A program made the translations under genes and the position numbers. 64,000 bases of DNA. Origin: Cyanophora paradoxa CCMP329 (Eukaryota > Plantae > Glaucophyta). The notes below the pieces were generated by a model. That model was not told where the DNA came from. It ran no database searches and saw nothing but the letters and a program-made list of their open reading frames with translations. Within the stretch, counting starts at the first letter, position 1. Every line of letters starts with the position of its first letter. Shown piece by piece: positions 12,505-24,278 of this stretch. The stretch is taken from the NCBI GenBank assembly GCA_004431415.1, contig QPMI01000551.1:62001-126000 (forward strand), written 5' to 3'.

Positions 12505-14285
12505 CGCCCTAGCCCCCCTCAATCTATTTTTGATGCGAGCTTCTTTTCTGTGCGCGGAGCTATCCCTCTACAGCGCTCGGGCCCCCCAGCAGTCGCGGTC
12601 CCGGGCCCCCCTGCAGTCGCTACCCCTAGGCCTGCTGCTACAGTTAATGGCGTCGGCGTGAATCCTCAAGTTCAGCACATTGCGAGGCCATCTGCTAGCG
12701 CTGATACAGCTTCGGTCCCGGCTCCCTCGAGTTCTCGTTTGAGCTCGTCTGCCGATGCTAGCGCTAGCGCCGCTTCTGCCTCCACATTAATATGCCCTAT
12801 TTGTGGGAAGAACTTTCAGTCTTCTGCTGATCGTGACCGTCATGTTCGGGCTGATAAACATCCTGCTAACGCCCGTGGCGTTCGCCGACCTCGAACCCCC
12901 TCTAGTTCAGAGAATCCTCCAGATCCTGTGCCTCCTGCCCAGCGCCCCCGCCTCCAGTCTCCGGATCCGGCACCCCCAGTGCTTGCTCCAGCTCCTGCAG
13001 CTGCGGCTACATATGCCGAGCCCCGTCAGCCTGTTCCGACTTTGCGACGGATTCGCTCCCCTGCACCCTCACCGTCGCCACCTGCTCAGCGGCTCCGTAC
13101 TTCCCTGCCCCCCCTAGTCCTTCTCTGATACCTTCCGTTTCACGAATCCGCCGCCCCGGTCTCCGTCGAATTCAACCTTGCCTCCCGATGCCGATCCGTC
13201 CCCTGTCCATGTGTCTCGGCGCCTGCGGCTTTCCTCTCCTGTACCTTCGGCTTCCCCTCTGGCTGTCCCGCCAGATCCACCTCGCCCGCCGGTTCCTGCA
13301 TGGCCCCCTTTGATTCATGATAGTCTTGTATCAATCTTCGCTTCACCTCAACTTAGTTTACCCTCAGTTGTTTTGCCGTCACCTCCATCAGATGCTTCAT
13401 CGATGTTAGTTAGGAGCACTGGCCCCTCCACCTTCCAGTTCCTCGTGTATTCCATGCCTTCCCTGTACCTTTGATTCCGTTCCCTTTGTCGTTAGCTCTG
13501 CCTCTTCCTCCTCCATCTCTCACTGTTAGCCCTCAGGCAGTTCCGCCTCTTTATCTTCAGCGACCGTCAGACCGTATAGTTTTTGGCAGCGAGTATTTTG
13601 TGTATGGTGACGTTCCTCGTGTGTACCCTTCTCTCTCTTCTACTTCGCTATATTTGCCTCTCCCGCCTGGTTCAGCCCCATCGTCTGCCTTCCCTGTCAC
13701 TACTGGCTTGCGTTTCGCCCCTCCTCTTATACTGCCGATTCCGAGTCTGCACCCGAGCTCTGCCCCTTTCCTCGTGTCGTCCCCAGTTCCTCAGATTAGT
13801 CTTCAGCCGTCCATTGTTTTACCAACTCTACAATCTCGATTCCGTTTAGACACTCCGCCAGCTTCGACTTTCCCCTCTAGTGGTGTCCTACGTTTCGCCT
13901 CTCCTACTGTTCTACCGCCTTTGCCTCCTGCGACTACGTCTTCTAGTTCTGCTGTTAGCTCTGTCTTGTCGTCTTCGTCTAGATCTTCGTCTTCGACTGT
14001 AGTTCCTCGTGCTCGTTCTCCTTATTTGCTGCGTCCCCGTGCTCCTCGTCGTTCTAGTGTGACTAGTACTTCTGCATCGACGCCCTTGAGCTCTTCTACT
14101 CCTTCTCCTCGTGCTCGTTCTCCTTATCTTTTGCGTTCTTCTGATCGTGTCCCTTCTCGTGATCCCTCTTGATTCTGTATATATTTTGTGCTAGTTTACT
14201 GTATCTTTGATTTGTGATTGCTTTGTTGTCTTTAATATCACTACCTACGGGGGGTTCGCCCCACCGTAGTCTCTCAAAAAAAAAA
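12505..14285 (+). mobile_element. 5'-truncated non-LTR retrotransposon (LINE) copy: decayed Pro/Ser-rich ORF tail with a C2H2 finger, 3' UTR, 3' stem-loop and poly(A)
   Basis: Ends CTACGG-GGGTTCGCCCC-A-CCGTAG-TCTCTC-(A)n. The last ~535 bp are near-identical to 56381-56915. Candidate TSD ATTGC at 12500-12504 and 14285-14289. C2H2 motif CPICGKNF...HVRADKH at ~12792-12861. Shares the motif F-x-V-R-G-x-[IV]-P-L with the LINE at the right end of the window. Confidence 0.8.
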
Positions 14286-15237
14286 TTGCAAATTTGCAAT
14301 CTGAATCAATATTTGGGGCGGCTGGGCGCGGCCGGGCGGCGGCCCGCATCAATTGGCTGGGCTGCATTCACGAACTTTCGGAATCACATGCACTGGTAAC
14401 CTTTCGGAATTCGAAGCGGAACCTCCGGTCCGGACTCCGGACTCCGGAGTCCGGGGACTCCGGCCCAGTCTCCGGGCCGCCGGGCCCCGGGGGCCGGGGC
14501 GCGGTCCGGCGCCCGAGGCAGAGGCAGAGACGTAATTCTGCGCTACAAGTTATTTGGAACCGTACGGCTTTCCGCCAGTGGTACAAGGTCGTGCTACGAC
14601 CTCCCGGATTTCCGGGTTCGGTTCCTACTGTTTCCGCTTCGTTGTACTTCGAATCCCCGTGATTCCTGATACCGTGACTTGTATCCTCGTTGTGTACTAC
14701 GAGTGGGTACGCCCGCCGTAGATCTTTAAAAAAAAAATTTCCGCCATAGTAACTTTTCCCAGCCTAGAAACTCGGCGGCCCCGGCCGCGGAAAGTTTGTA
14801 CCGTAGTACGGGGCAAACTTGAAAACTCGGAGACCGCCCACAGGATTTTCTGCCGAGTCGCGATGTACGGTGTTGGTGGCATGTAGTCAAGCCTTTGGCA
14901 AGGTACCGCTGGCAGCCTCCTAGCTTTAGCTAAGAGCTCGAAAGTACTACTGCGGCACAGGCATTTGGCTCGTAGCATGCTCGAGTGTATATGCATATGA
15001 TATAGCACTCGGAAATGGACCAACGGGTGCATTTGGACATATGATATAGCACTTGGAGAGTGACCAATGGGTGCAAATCCTTGACTTGCCAGTACCTGCC
15101 ACACGCAACTGGTACCTGAGTTGGAAACTCTAGCGGCAGCTTGGCTGAGAAAACCAGCTCCCACAGGAAATTTGAAAAAGTCCTAACGGCTCCGAAAGAA
15201 ACCGAACCGTAAAAAACTTGTAGCGCTGATTGGTCCG

Positions 15238-16305
15238 TCAAGTCTGCCTGCAGAATTTAACTTGAAAATAGGCTCTGGACCGGCCTGCCTCGATCTGCCT
15301 CGACTTGAAACCCCGGACCGGCACCTGCCTTGCCTTGCCTTTTTCTGCCTCGGCTGCCTGTGCTGTGCCGGGCGCATCGACCTCTATCTCGTCAATGTCC
15401 TCCCTATAGGGATCGAAATCAGTATCATCCTCTCTATCGATAAGGACATTGTGAAGAGTCACGCAGGTATCTACCAGCTTCACTACATTCTCGAGCTTAA
15501 GGGAGCCGCAGTGCTGAAGGGAACGGAACCGACCCTTAAGTGAACCGAAAGCCTGCTCTATAATCTGACGGAGAGAGCACAGAACCTCATTGTAGTAAAT
15601 CTGCTCGGCAGAAAGAACACCTACCCTACGGAAAGGGGTAAGAAGCCAGTTCTGGGGCCAAAACCCGCCGTCGGCTATGATAAAGAAAGGGACGGGCGAG
15701 ACGGGGAACCAGGCGGCGAAGTTCTGGATGAGGGACGTGTTCCTGAGGGGCCCCCAGTCGCTGTGCCGCCCCACCTCCCCCACATCCGTCCATCTGCTTA
15801 TACGGGTCAAACCGCGGGGCGGGGCGGGGCGGGCCGGGGCGGGGCGGGCCGGGGCGAGGCGGGCCCGGGCGGGGCGGGCCGGCGCGGCGCGGCCGCGACC
15901 GGGGGCGGGGCGGTGCGGGGGGCGGGCGCGCGGGGCGGGGCGGGGCGGGGGCGGGCGGGGCGGGGGCGGGCGGACGCACAAGAAGCGGCCGACGGAGTCG
16001 CAGATCGCTAGAAGAATCACCGAGTGGAAGCCCTTGTGGCAGTAGTAGGCCGACTCGTCAGTGCCCGGCGGCACGTTGATCGGGATGTGCGAGCCGTCCA
16101 GCGCCCCCACGACGTTCGGGAACCGCGCGAAGCCCCTTTCGACGCATTTCTGCGCGGGGCACGCGCGGCGGGTCAGCGGCAGCTGCAGGCGCGCGGGGCG
16201 CGCGGCGAAGGGCGAAGTCCTGAGCCCAACCTTGTTGAATCCTGCGGCGACGAGCGACTTAGCGTCCGTGTCGGCGGGCCACTTCTTATGCAGCGCGAGC
16301 TGCTC
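15238..16305 (-). CDS. PIF/Harbinger (HARBI1-like, DDE_Tnp_4) transposase/nuclease with spliceosomal introns; N-terminus not resolved
   Basis: FPNVVGALDGSHIPI, YYCHKGFHSVILLAICD, IIADGGF, LLTPF, RQIIEQAFGSLKGRFRSL and CVTLHNVLI are the canonical Harbinger motifs, with an intact D-D-E triad. A GT..AG C-rich intron lies at ~15796-15978. Confidence 0.9.
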   Translation of the reverse strand, partial: EQLALHKKWPADTDAKSLVAAGFNKVGLRTSPFAARPARLQLPLTRRACPAQKCVERGFARFPNVVGALDGSHIPINVPPGTDESAYYCHKGFHSVILLAICDSVGRFLCVRPPPPRPPPPRPAPRARPPHRPAPGRGRAAPARPARARLAPARPAPARPAPPRGLTRISRWTDVGEVGRHSDWGPLRNTSLIQNFAAWFPVSPVPFFIIADGGFWPQNWLLTPFRRVGVLSAEQIYYNEVLCSLRQIIEQAFGSLKGRFRSLQHCGSLKLENVVKLVDTCVTLHNVLIDREDDTDFDPYREDIDEIEVDAPGTAQAAEAEKGKARQVPVRGFKSRQIEAGRSRAYFQVKFCRQT

Positions 16306-16874
16306 TGCAGCACAACGTTAACTCCTCGCCTAAGTGTATTCTCTCTGAGTAGCCGCTGATCATGAGCCCTCCCGGCCACTCCCCTCTCCTTGCCCGGCCG
16401 GGCCCTCCGCGCCAGAAATCCACCGAAACGTGCTCGCGAGGACGCCCGCGATCGCGATCGCGAGGCTTCGCCGTACTTGGTGCTCCGGCGTAGGAGCACG
16501 GGACTTGTCCGATCCTGACTCCTGGGCCATTGATATATCGATAATATTAATATTTCATGCTGCCAACGTTGGCACCTAGCTGTGTGGGCCGTGGTTATGG
16601 GCCCGTGGCATCCCCCAGAATCCCCCTATATATATAGCTGGCTAGGCCTGCCGCCCTGATCATGACATGAATCTAGAACTCCGAGATCTTTCGCCGGCCG
16701 TATACCGGTAGCTAGCGGCGAGGCGCGCGACGCGGACTGTTAATTGTAGAAAGCCTATCGGCATCGATATATATATATATCGCAACCGGCGCGGCGCCGG
16801 CTCGGCTCGCGCAGCCGGTGGCCGGGCTGTAAGCAATCCTTTTAGAATATTATGAATAACAACCGAGGAACAAC

Positions 16875-19800
16875 TCAAGCTGCAGGCGCTTCTCCCTCGA
16901 GTTCTTCTGCGTGCTCTTCATGATCATGATCAGGCGCCGGCGTGCCAGCGCTAGCGGCGTCCTCGTGCTCGTGCTCGCGATCGGGCGGCAGGAACGACGA
17001 GAAGACCTTAAGCTCCCTGCGGGCGGGCCGGGGGGCCGGGGCGCAGGGCGATTTCAGAGGGGGGGCGAAGCGCCAACGAACCGCACTCTGAATAATCCCA
17101 TTATTATTTGAACTGCGCCGTCGCACCGGATGGCCGGAGTGACGTAGTCATCGAAGGCGATTGCGTCCAAGCCTAGCAGCTGGTACGAGATTCTGAGCTC
17201 CTCTGTTACAGTCCGAGCCGCGATGTACGCCTGCAAGCAGTAATATATAAGATGGGTTGAATAGGAAAATTAAAGCAGCGCTAGCCATAGCAGGCGGGAC
17301 ATGCTAGCTAGCGGGCCGCACCTTTTGGACGGACTGCACGAGGCTCTCGCGCTCGGCCTCGGAAGGCAGAAAGCAGCTGATGCCCTCGAGCCGCAGTCCC
17401 ACGACCACCGCCGTCGACCGAGCCTTGATCTCCGCGTACACCCCCGCGACTTCGTAGGCCAGCGAGCCCCGGCAGTCGTCCAGCTCGTCTGTCGCGGCTC
17501 CCTGCGCGCGCAGAGACGCTCGAGGGAAGCTAGCGGCTCTAGAGACGCATCGTGAGAAATTCATCGCTCACCCACGGGAAGCGGAGCACCGTTTCGATCA
17601 GCAGCCGCGCAAGGGGGCCTCCCAGGAGGCCGAGGGAGTAGAGGCGACGGTCGCTGCGCATGTGGTCGGGGCGGAACCACACGCGGGGGCACACCCTGCA
17701 GTTCGGCTCGTCGCATTCGTGCAGGAACTGGTGCCGGATGATCTGCTCGCCGAGCGACTCCAGCTCCTCGACGCTGTACCCGTCTTCCGCCGCGTCCGGA
17801 GCGGGCACGTAGCTGGGGCGCCCGCCGTTCTTAAACAACTCGGCGAGCTGCAGCAGGTCCGTGTGGGGTGCCCTTATCGCCTTCAGCGCATATTGCGAGA
17901 AGCACACGACGGGCACTTCCATGTCCGCTGTGCGCGTCCCGTGCCAGTCGTTGGTGGCTGCATCGTGGTCAATGCTCCCCTCGCGCGGGTCGCTGCGAGA
18001 TTCGAGGCATTCCATGCCAGGATCAGCCGCATTTTGTTGCGCAGAACTCATGCGACGCCGACGCGGACGGAAGGAGCGCACTCGAGCGAGAAGCGAGCGT
18101 ACTCCGCCAGCCTGGCCCAGCGCGCGAGCACCATGACCAGAGGCACGAAGCCTTCTTGTCGCGAGGTCAAGTCCAGCCGCAGCGCGGTTTCGACTCCGAC
18201 CCGCTCCAAAGATTCGTCCTCTTCACTGCGGCCGGGTTGTCGCGATCAGAGCGCGCCACCGTACGCGCAATTCGCAGGAGGGATAGGGTCGCCCGCATGC
18301 GCACTCGGACAAGAGAAGCGCGCCGGCGGCCAGAACCAGGCGGGCGACGCGCCTGCTCTCCTCGGACACACTGTCCTGTTCGTTCTTTCGAGAACCTTGC
18401 CCCCACGTGCACTCGTGCTTTGTGGGCCTTGCCGAACTCCACTCTAGATCTGGCAAATTCGAAAGCACACGAGCGTTCAGAAGACTGGGCAGAGATCAAC
18501 CCCGGCGCACTCACCTCCTGCCAAAACGAGGTGAAAGTTCCGCTTCAGCTCGTCCAGCCTCGCCTGCGCGGCACTCGCTAAAGCGAAGACGACCTGCTGC
18601 GCGGGGCGCAGCACTCGAGTTCTCGAAAGAACGTTAGCGGAGAGACGGACCTGCAGCCATGCCGCGTAGCTCGCCCCCGATCCGGTCCCTTCTCCCTCGT
18701 CGCCGGCGCCGTCGCCGTCGGCAGTGAGGACGTCGCGGATGACCCAGACGGCCTGGACGCAGGGGCAGGCCTCCCAGACCAGCTCCGCCAGCCGCAGAGC
18801 GTCGGCCCGGTCCTCCTCCTCTGCGGCGCGTGCGCGCGTCAGCTCGAGCTGAGGGCTCCAAGCGGCTTCAAGCCGAGACGAGCCTGCGCCGCCCGCGGCC
18901 GATTGGAGCCGGACGTGTATCTCCCCGAGGACCGCGCGCCAAAACGCGACGGAGGCCAGGTCGAATTTCCTGGAAAAGTACTGGCGGGCCCGCGCGGAGG
19001 AGAAGGCGGCGACGCCGAACTTCGCCGCCAGGAAGATGTCGAGCGGGTACGGCTCCCGCTCCTGAGTGAAGAAATTGACGTATCTGAACTCAGCGCCCGC
19101 GAACTTCGCGGCCAAGGACATGAAAGGCCCCCACGGATCACTGGGCTCTCTCCGATCTGAGTACGGCTTCGGCGCCGGCGCAATGTCTTTGAAGCGCTGG
19201 AGAAATCGCCCGAAGATGCGGCGCCGCAGCCATGTAGCTGCAGGGCCGGCGCCCGCGCCGTTGTTGTCCGGAGGCACGTCGATGCCCCACTGCTCCGCGA
19301 GGAGCGGAGCTGCTTCGTCGAAGAAGCGGAGCTGTGAACGCGGGCGGCGGTCAGTTTGCTCGGCGAGCGCGTCCAAGTCGCGACGGTGCGCGGCCCGGCC
19401 CGGCCCGCACCGCGAATTCGAAGTGCTTGTACTCGTACTGGCTACTGCTGAGCATCGCAGAGAACACGAAAGCAGCGGCGCTCTCTACGTCCCCGTTCGC
19501 TTTCAGTAGGATGGCGAACCGAAGATACTGGTCGGCGCAGCTGCACGTCTGATCGATCAATGTCGAACTGCCAAATCTGGAGAGCGCTCGGAGAACGAAG
19601 CCAGCCGATGCGCAGGCCAAGGAGCCGTCGTCGCGGCGGCTGGCGGCGAGGAGGGTCTGCGCGGCTCGAGAGACGCTCTCCTCCTTGCCCGCATCTCCGA
19701 TGAAATTCTCGCGCTCACAGAGCACAGGGCCGCCATGCGCGGCGAGACGGGTTAGCAGGAGACACTCGGCGAGTTTCAGATGGAGCGAAGCCGGAGGCTC

Positions 19801-22800
19801 ATGATCGACGCCGCCGCGGAGGCCTGGGGCCCCGTTCCCGATGGCCTCGACGCTGTTGAGGAACGCGCGAACTGCATCCTCGCTCGCAACCACGATCTGA
19901 TCTCGAAACGTCAGAGACAGCCAGAGTAAAGTAGTGCTCATGATCCGGCTGATTAAATTTGTGAGCACGTATATTATCATTATCACATATCTAGACAATT
20001 GCAATAGAAAGAAGGCGTACCAAGGATCCGGATCTGGTCGTAAGCTCCTCGAGCACCGCATTTAAATCGATATCTGCATATCTTCTCGAGGACCGGAAAG
20101 GGGTTGCAGCAGGTCCCTTGACCACCAGATTGAGACACAGCTTCTTGCGCTCGCTTGCGCCCGCATCTGCATCGCCGGACTCCACAACCATCTCGAGAAG
20201 GACCGCGAGGAGTCGCAGCGCATCATCGTAGTTGTGTAGAGTGTACAGGCGAAGAACACAAGCAATCATGAGCGTCTCGTACTGCTGGGCGGAAGCGGGC
20301 TCGGACTCGCCGAGCTCGCTGAGCGCCGTCCCCTGTCGGGCGGCAAGGAGCGACGCGGCCACTTCGAGCACGCGGGCGGGGCTGGCCATCGCTGCGGGGT
20401 CGGTCGAGACGGGGCCGAAGAGCGCGTCTCCGATTCTGCCGAGGTAGCTGTCGAACGGCTGGGGGTCCGCCTTGTCGTAGCCACCGGAATCCGAGCACAC
20501 TTTGTCGAGGTTTGTGTTCTTCAAATAGAATCTGCTTGGGCAGATTAAAGATCACACTCCGAACTGGAACTGAATAATATTCAACTGAAACAAATGAGTG
20601 GGTGGCAAAAGCACCTTGCAGCAAGAACACCGAGCTCGAGGCCGGCATCCCGGAGCGGCGCGCACCAACCTTGCCGGCGCCGCAGAGGCAGCCGTGCGCC
20701 TCCGTCCTCTTCCGCGCGGGGCAGGGCCCCCATGCGGGCGAGGCGGATGAGGGCCGCCTCGAGGGCCACATCGGGTCGCTCGCGGCAAGCGGCGAAGGCC
20801 TCGGCCAGTGGAAGTCCCGCCACGCGCAGCGCCTCCGTCGACTCGCGCTCGACCGACGGCGGAGGCGAGGGCAGAGCCGAGCGGAGGGCGAGCCCAGAAC
20901 GGATGGTGAGATGGAAGACATCGGCTTCCCTGACGTCTGAGGACTCCCGTAGATGGCGATAGAACTTGTCGAGTGGAACCAGTGCGAGGCTGAGCGCCAG
21001 GCTGCTGAGGTGGTCGCAGGCGGCGACCCGCTGCCGCCGCAGGTTCTCGATGGCTCTTCCGGTCTCGACGATTGAGCGCTGGAGCGCCACTAGCCATTCG
21101 CGCTGCCTGTGATCGCCACGCGCGTGAAGACAAGTGCTAGCGTTGTAGTCGTTGACAACCCGCTGGCAACGTTTCCAGAAGCAGCTTGGACTGTGGAGGT
21201 GGGCGATGCCTTGCAACGTCGACGCGGCCGCTTGACCTCGGTCGCGAGCTCCGCACTCGCACGCCCACTGAAGCTTGCTTGGAACAGCGTCGTCAAAAAG
21301 GGCGGCCGCCGCATCGAAGAGACGCGGGAGGAGTCCGTCCACGATCTCGAGGAGGGCGGATACGGCGTCCTCGGGGCGGCCGCTCTGCATCGAGTTCAGA
21401 GCTGAAACGCCCGAGACGTGGCAGGCGTTCAGCTTGAACGTAAATATATACACGCACCAGCGCTTGCGCTGCAGCTGCAAGCGTGCTGGCGACGCATGCG
21501 GTACGTGATAGGTTCAAGCACTCCCGCACGCAGCCTGCACATCGACGTGAAAATAGGCCTTCAGAAAATAAAACAAACACTGCCAGTTTATAATTACACG
21601 AGACAACACTCGCGATCGCACCGCGTTCAAGCAGGTAGCGGCAGCGGATCTCGAGATCCAGAGGCGGTTCCAAGCTGAGGAGTTCGACCGAAGCGTTCGG
21701 CGAGGTTGCTTCACCATCGATATCTTCAGATCTAGACAGTGCAGCCATAGCCATCGTGTGAGGGCGGCCCCACGGCGTGCGAGCCTGAGCGGGAGCACGG
21801 CCGTAATTTAGAAGCCTCAAGCAATCGCACGCAGCGAATGTATGACAAACGGACCAGGCGAGCTGCCCGTAGAAGAGCACGACGCGTTTTTTCAAGGGTG
21901 ATGCTCTTATTGTAAGGGCTCCAACGGAAACGGTGAAGAGAGGGGTCGTCCAGCAGGCGGGACTCGAACTCTTCCGCACCCGCACGCGTGCGGTCGCGCT
22001 GAAGGCCATAGCTGTCTGCAATGTCGAGGGCGGCGGAAGCCAGGAGGCCCCGCTGCTGGGCGTCGAGCCGCTCGTCCACGGCAACCAACTGCTCGCGGTT
22101 GCGGTCGGTAGGGCGGGAGACTGAACGTCAGAGCCCGCTTCTGCACGGCTCGCAGAGGGAGGGCGCACGCAGAGGCCGGACGCGCTCCGCTCCGTGTGGT
22201 CCGCGCTCGCTTGCGCGCGATGCTGGACCGCCACGACGGCCGGTGACATCGAGTGCACGGGCGCTTCCCGTTCGACGTCGATCTCGTATCTCCAGAGGAA
22301 CGTCGGGTCGCCTTTGAACGCCGCCAGCGACGCCGCGAACTGCAGGAGCACGGCCGCCGACGGGAGAAGATGGCCCGCCGCGCGGAGCTGCTCGGAGAAC
22401 GCGCGAAGCCGAGCGACGAGCCTGCGGCGAGAATGGACGCCGATCGCGAGGAGGTGCGATTGGAGTGCGCAAGAAGGAACGCACGCATCGAAGCACTCCG
22501 AGTCGCCGCCGTCTTCGATCTGATCCTCGGGGTACACCTGGTGACCGCAGGCCAGGGAGTAGTAGAGGGGTACGACAGACTCGGGAGCGTCCTTCACGGG
22601 CTCCAGGGCTCTCGGCATGCCGTGGTCTGAACCCCATCCGCATCCGCCTTCGTACAATGCCGTGTGCGGGACGCTGGTCTCCAGCACGCCGCGCGACTCG
22701 AACGGAAAGCGCCTGTTGTCGCTGCAGCCCGCCACGTTGCAGCGCCACATGGGCTTCCGCGTGCGGCGGAAGGCGCCGAGCCCGGCCGCGACGGCCCGCC

Positions 22801-24148
22801 CCGCCAGTCCCTCCCCGAGCTGGTTCGCGCCCTCCGCAGGCGACGGCGTTGCCCACGCCGGCGCCTGCGCGCGAGTGCACGTCAGCGTTCGAAGTAGATG
22901 CACGAAACGTGAGCAAAACTAAAGAATTTATAGCTGGGATGGAAAAGTCGCGGGGGAGGGGAGGGGGAAGCTTGGGAGAGGGGTGGGCGGGCGTGCACGG
23001 GCGAAAGCTCGAGAGGGGGGCCTGGGGAGAGGGGGGGGAGGGGGGGGCCCGGAGGGCGTGAAGGGCAGGGGGGGGAGGGAGGGGAGGGAGGGAGGGAACA
23101 GAGAATAGAAGGGGGAGGGGAGGGAACAGGGGGGGGGGGGGGCGCGCATGGGAGGGGAGGGGGGAGAGAGAGAGCGGGGGGGGGGGGGGGCGTGCAGGGC
23201 AGGGGGGGGGGAGGGGGGGGGGGCGGGGCGGGCGGGAGTCGGGAACAGAGGAGTAGAAGGGAAGGCCTAGATGCGCGATCCAAGGAAGGATGAGGGTTCG
23301 GGGACTTCGGGCGTAAGCGGAATCTGGTGCAGGATTCTAGTGGGGGTACAGGATGCGAGAGGGATACAGGATGCTGCGTGCTATCCGGCAAGACGCGGAA
23401 GGCAGCGTGGAAGGAGGGCTGAACTAGAGTCTATAGAGGGCCCCGGCCTGTCTAAGTAGGGGGGGTACCTGATCATCGAGGCCGGGAAGAAGGCCTGGCG
23501 CGGCGGCGAGGCGGAGGAGGCAGGCGGCTGCGTGAGGACAGAGGCCGAGCGAATCCCGACAGGCCGCGGCGGTGCAAGCGATGGCTGTGCACACGAAGTC
23601 GCCCCGGGCCTGGCTCTCCTGCTGTGGCAGCGATCGTGTTCTCAGTCATTGGACGCACGCGCGCGCGCCGCGCGCCGCGGCTCCGCAATGGTGGCGTTCG
23701 CACCCGCAGGGATGCGTGGACGACGATATCACGACCATCAGCATCGCTGCCTCGAGCTCTGAAGCGCGCCGCAAGCCGCAGAGCGCGCTGCGGCCCATCG
23801 CCAGCGCTAGCTGCAGCTGCCGCAGTGTCGTGCTGGATCGCGAGCTCAAGCTGCAGCTCGTCCATCGCTCTCCTTGCATCCCTCGACGCTGCACATGCCG
23901 CTGCGAGCAGCGCCTCGCTCCGGCTGAAGACATCCGCTTCCGTGAAAGCTCGCACGCCTTCCGCGTTTACGGGGACGACCGCCGAGGCCGAGAAGACCGC
24001 GCGCCAGTCATCTTCTGCCGGGAACGACGTCAGCGACCGCGATGAGGCCGCGCCCCCGCTCCCGCCATGCGAGCGCACCCGGTGGCGGCGTCGGATCGTC
24101 CGCGAGGCGAGAACGCTTCGCGCGCCTCTCCTCGCCTTCTTCCTGCAT
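16875..24148 (-). CDS. Large multi-exon hypothetical protein, no recognised domain
   Basis: Start MQEEGEERRAKRSRL at 24148, followed by a clean GTGCGC..CTGAC..GCAG intron. Successive long minus-strand ORFs (21293-22903, 20581-21480, 19991-20524, 19351-20061, 18477-19376, 17539-18081) are joined by intron-like gaps. The last exon ends EGEAPAA* at 16875. Confidence 0.65.
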
Positions 24149-24278
24149 TGGTCGCCGAGCGGCGACGCTGGGCACGCTTCTCAGAACTCCGTCCGGGGCA
24201 GGGAACAAGCCAGAGTGGGGTACACATACACACCCTTGCAAGCCAAACAAGGCGCTCACCCGCACACAGCAGACAGCG

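Noticed and set aside
14640-14665. tRNA T-loop-like TTCGAATCCC
   Set aside because: No cloverleaf or A-box could be built around it.
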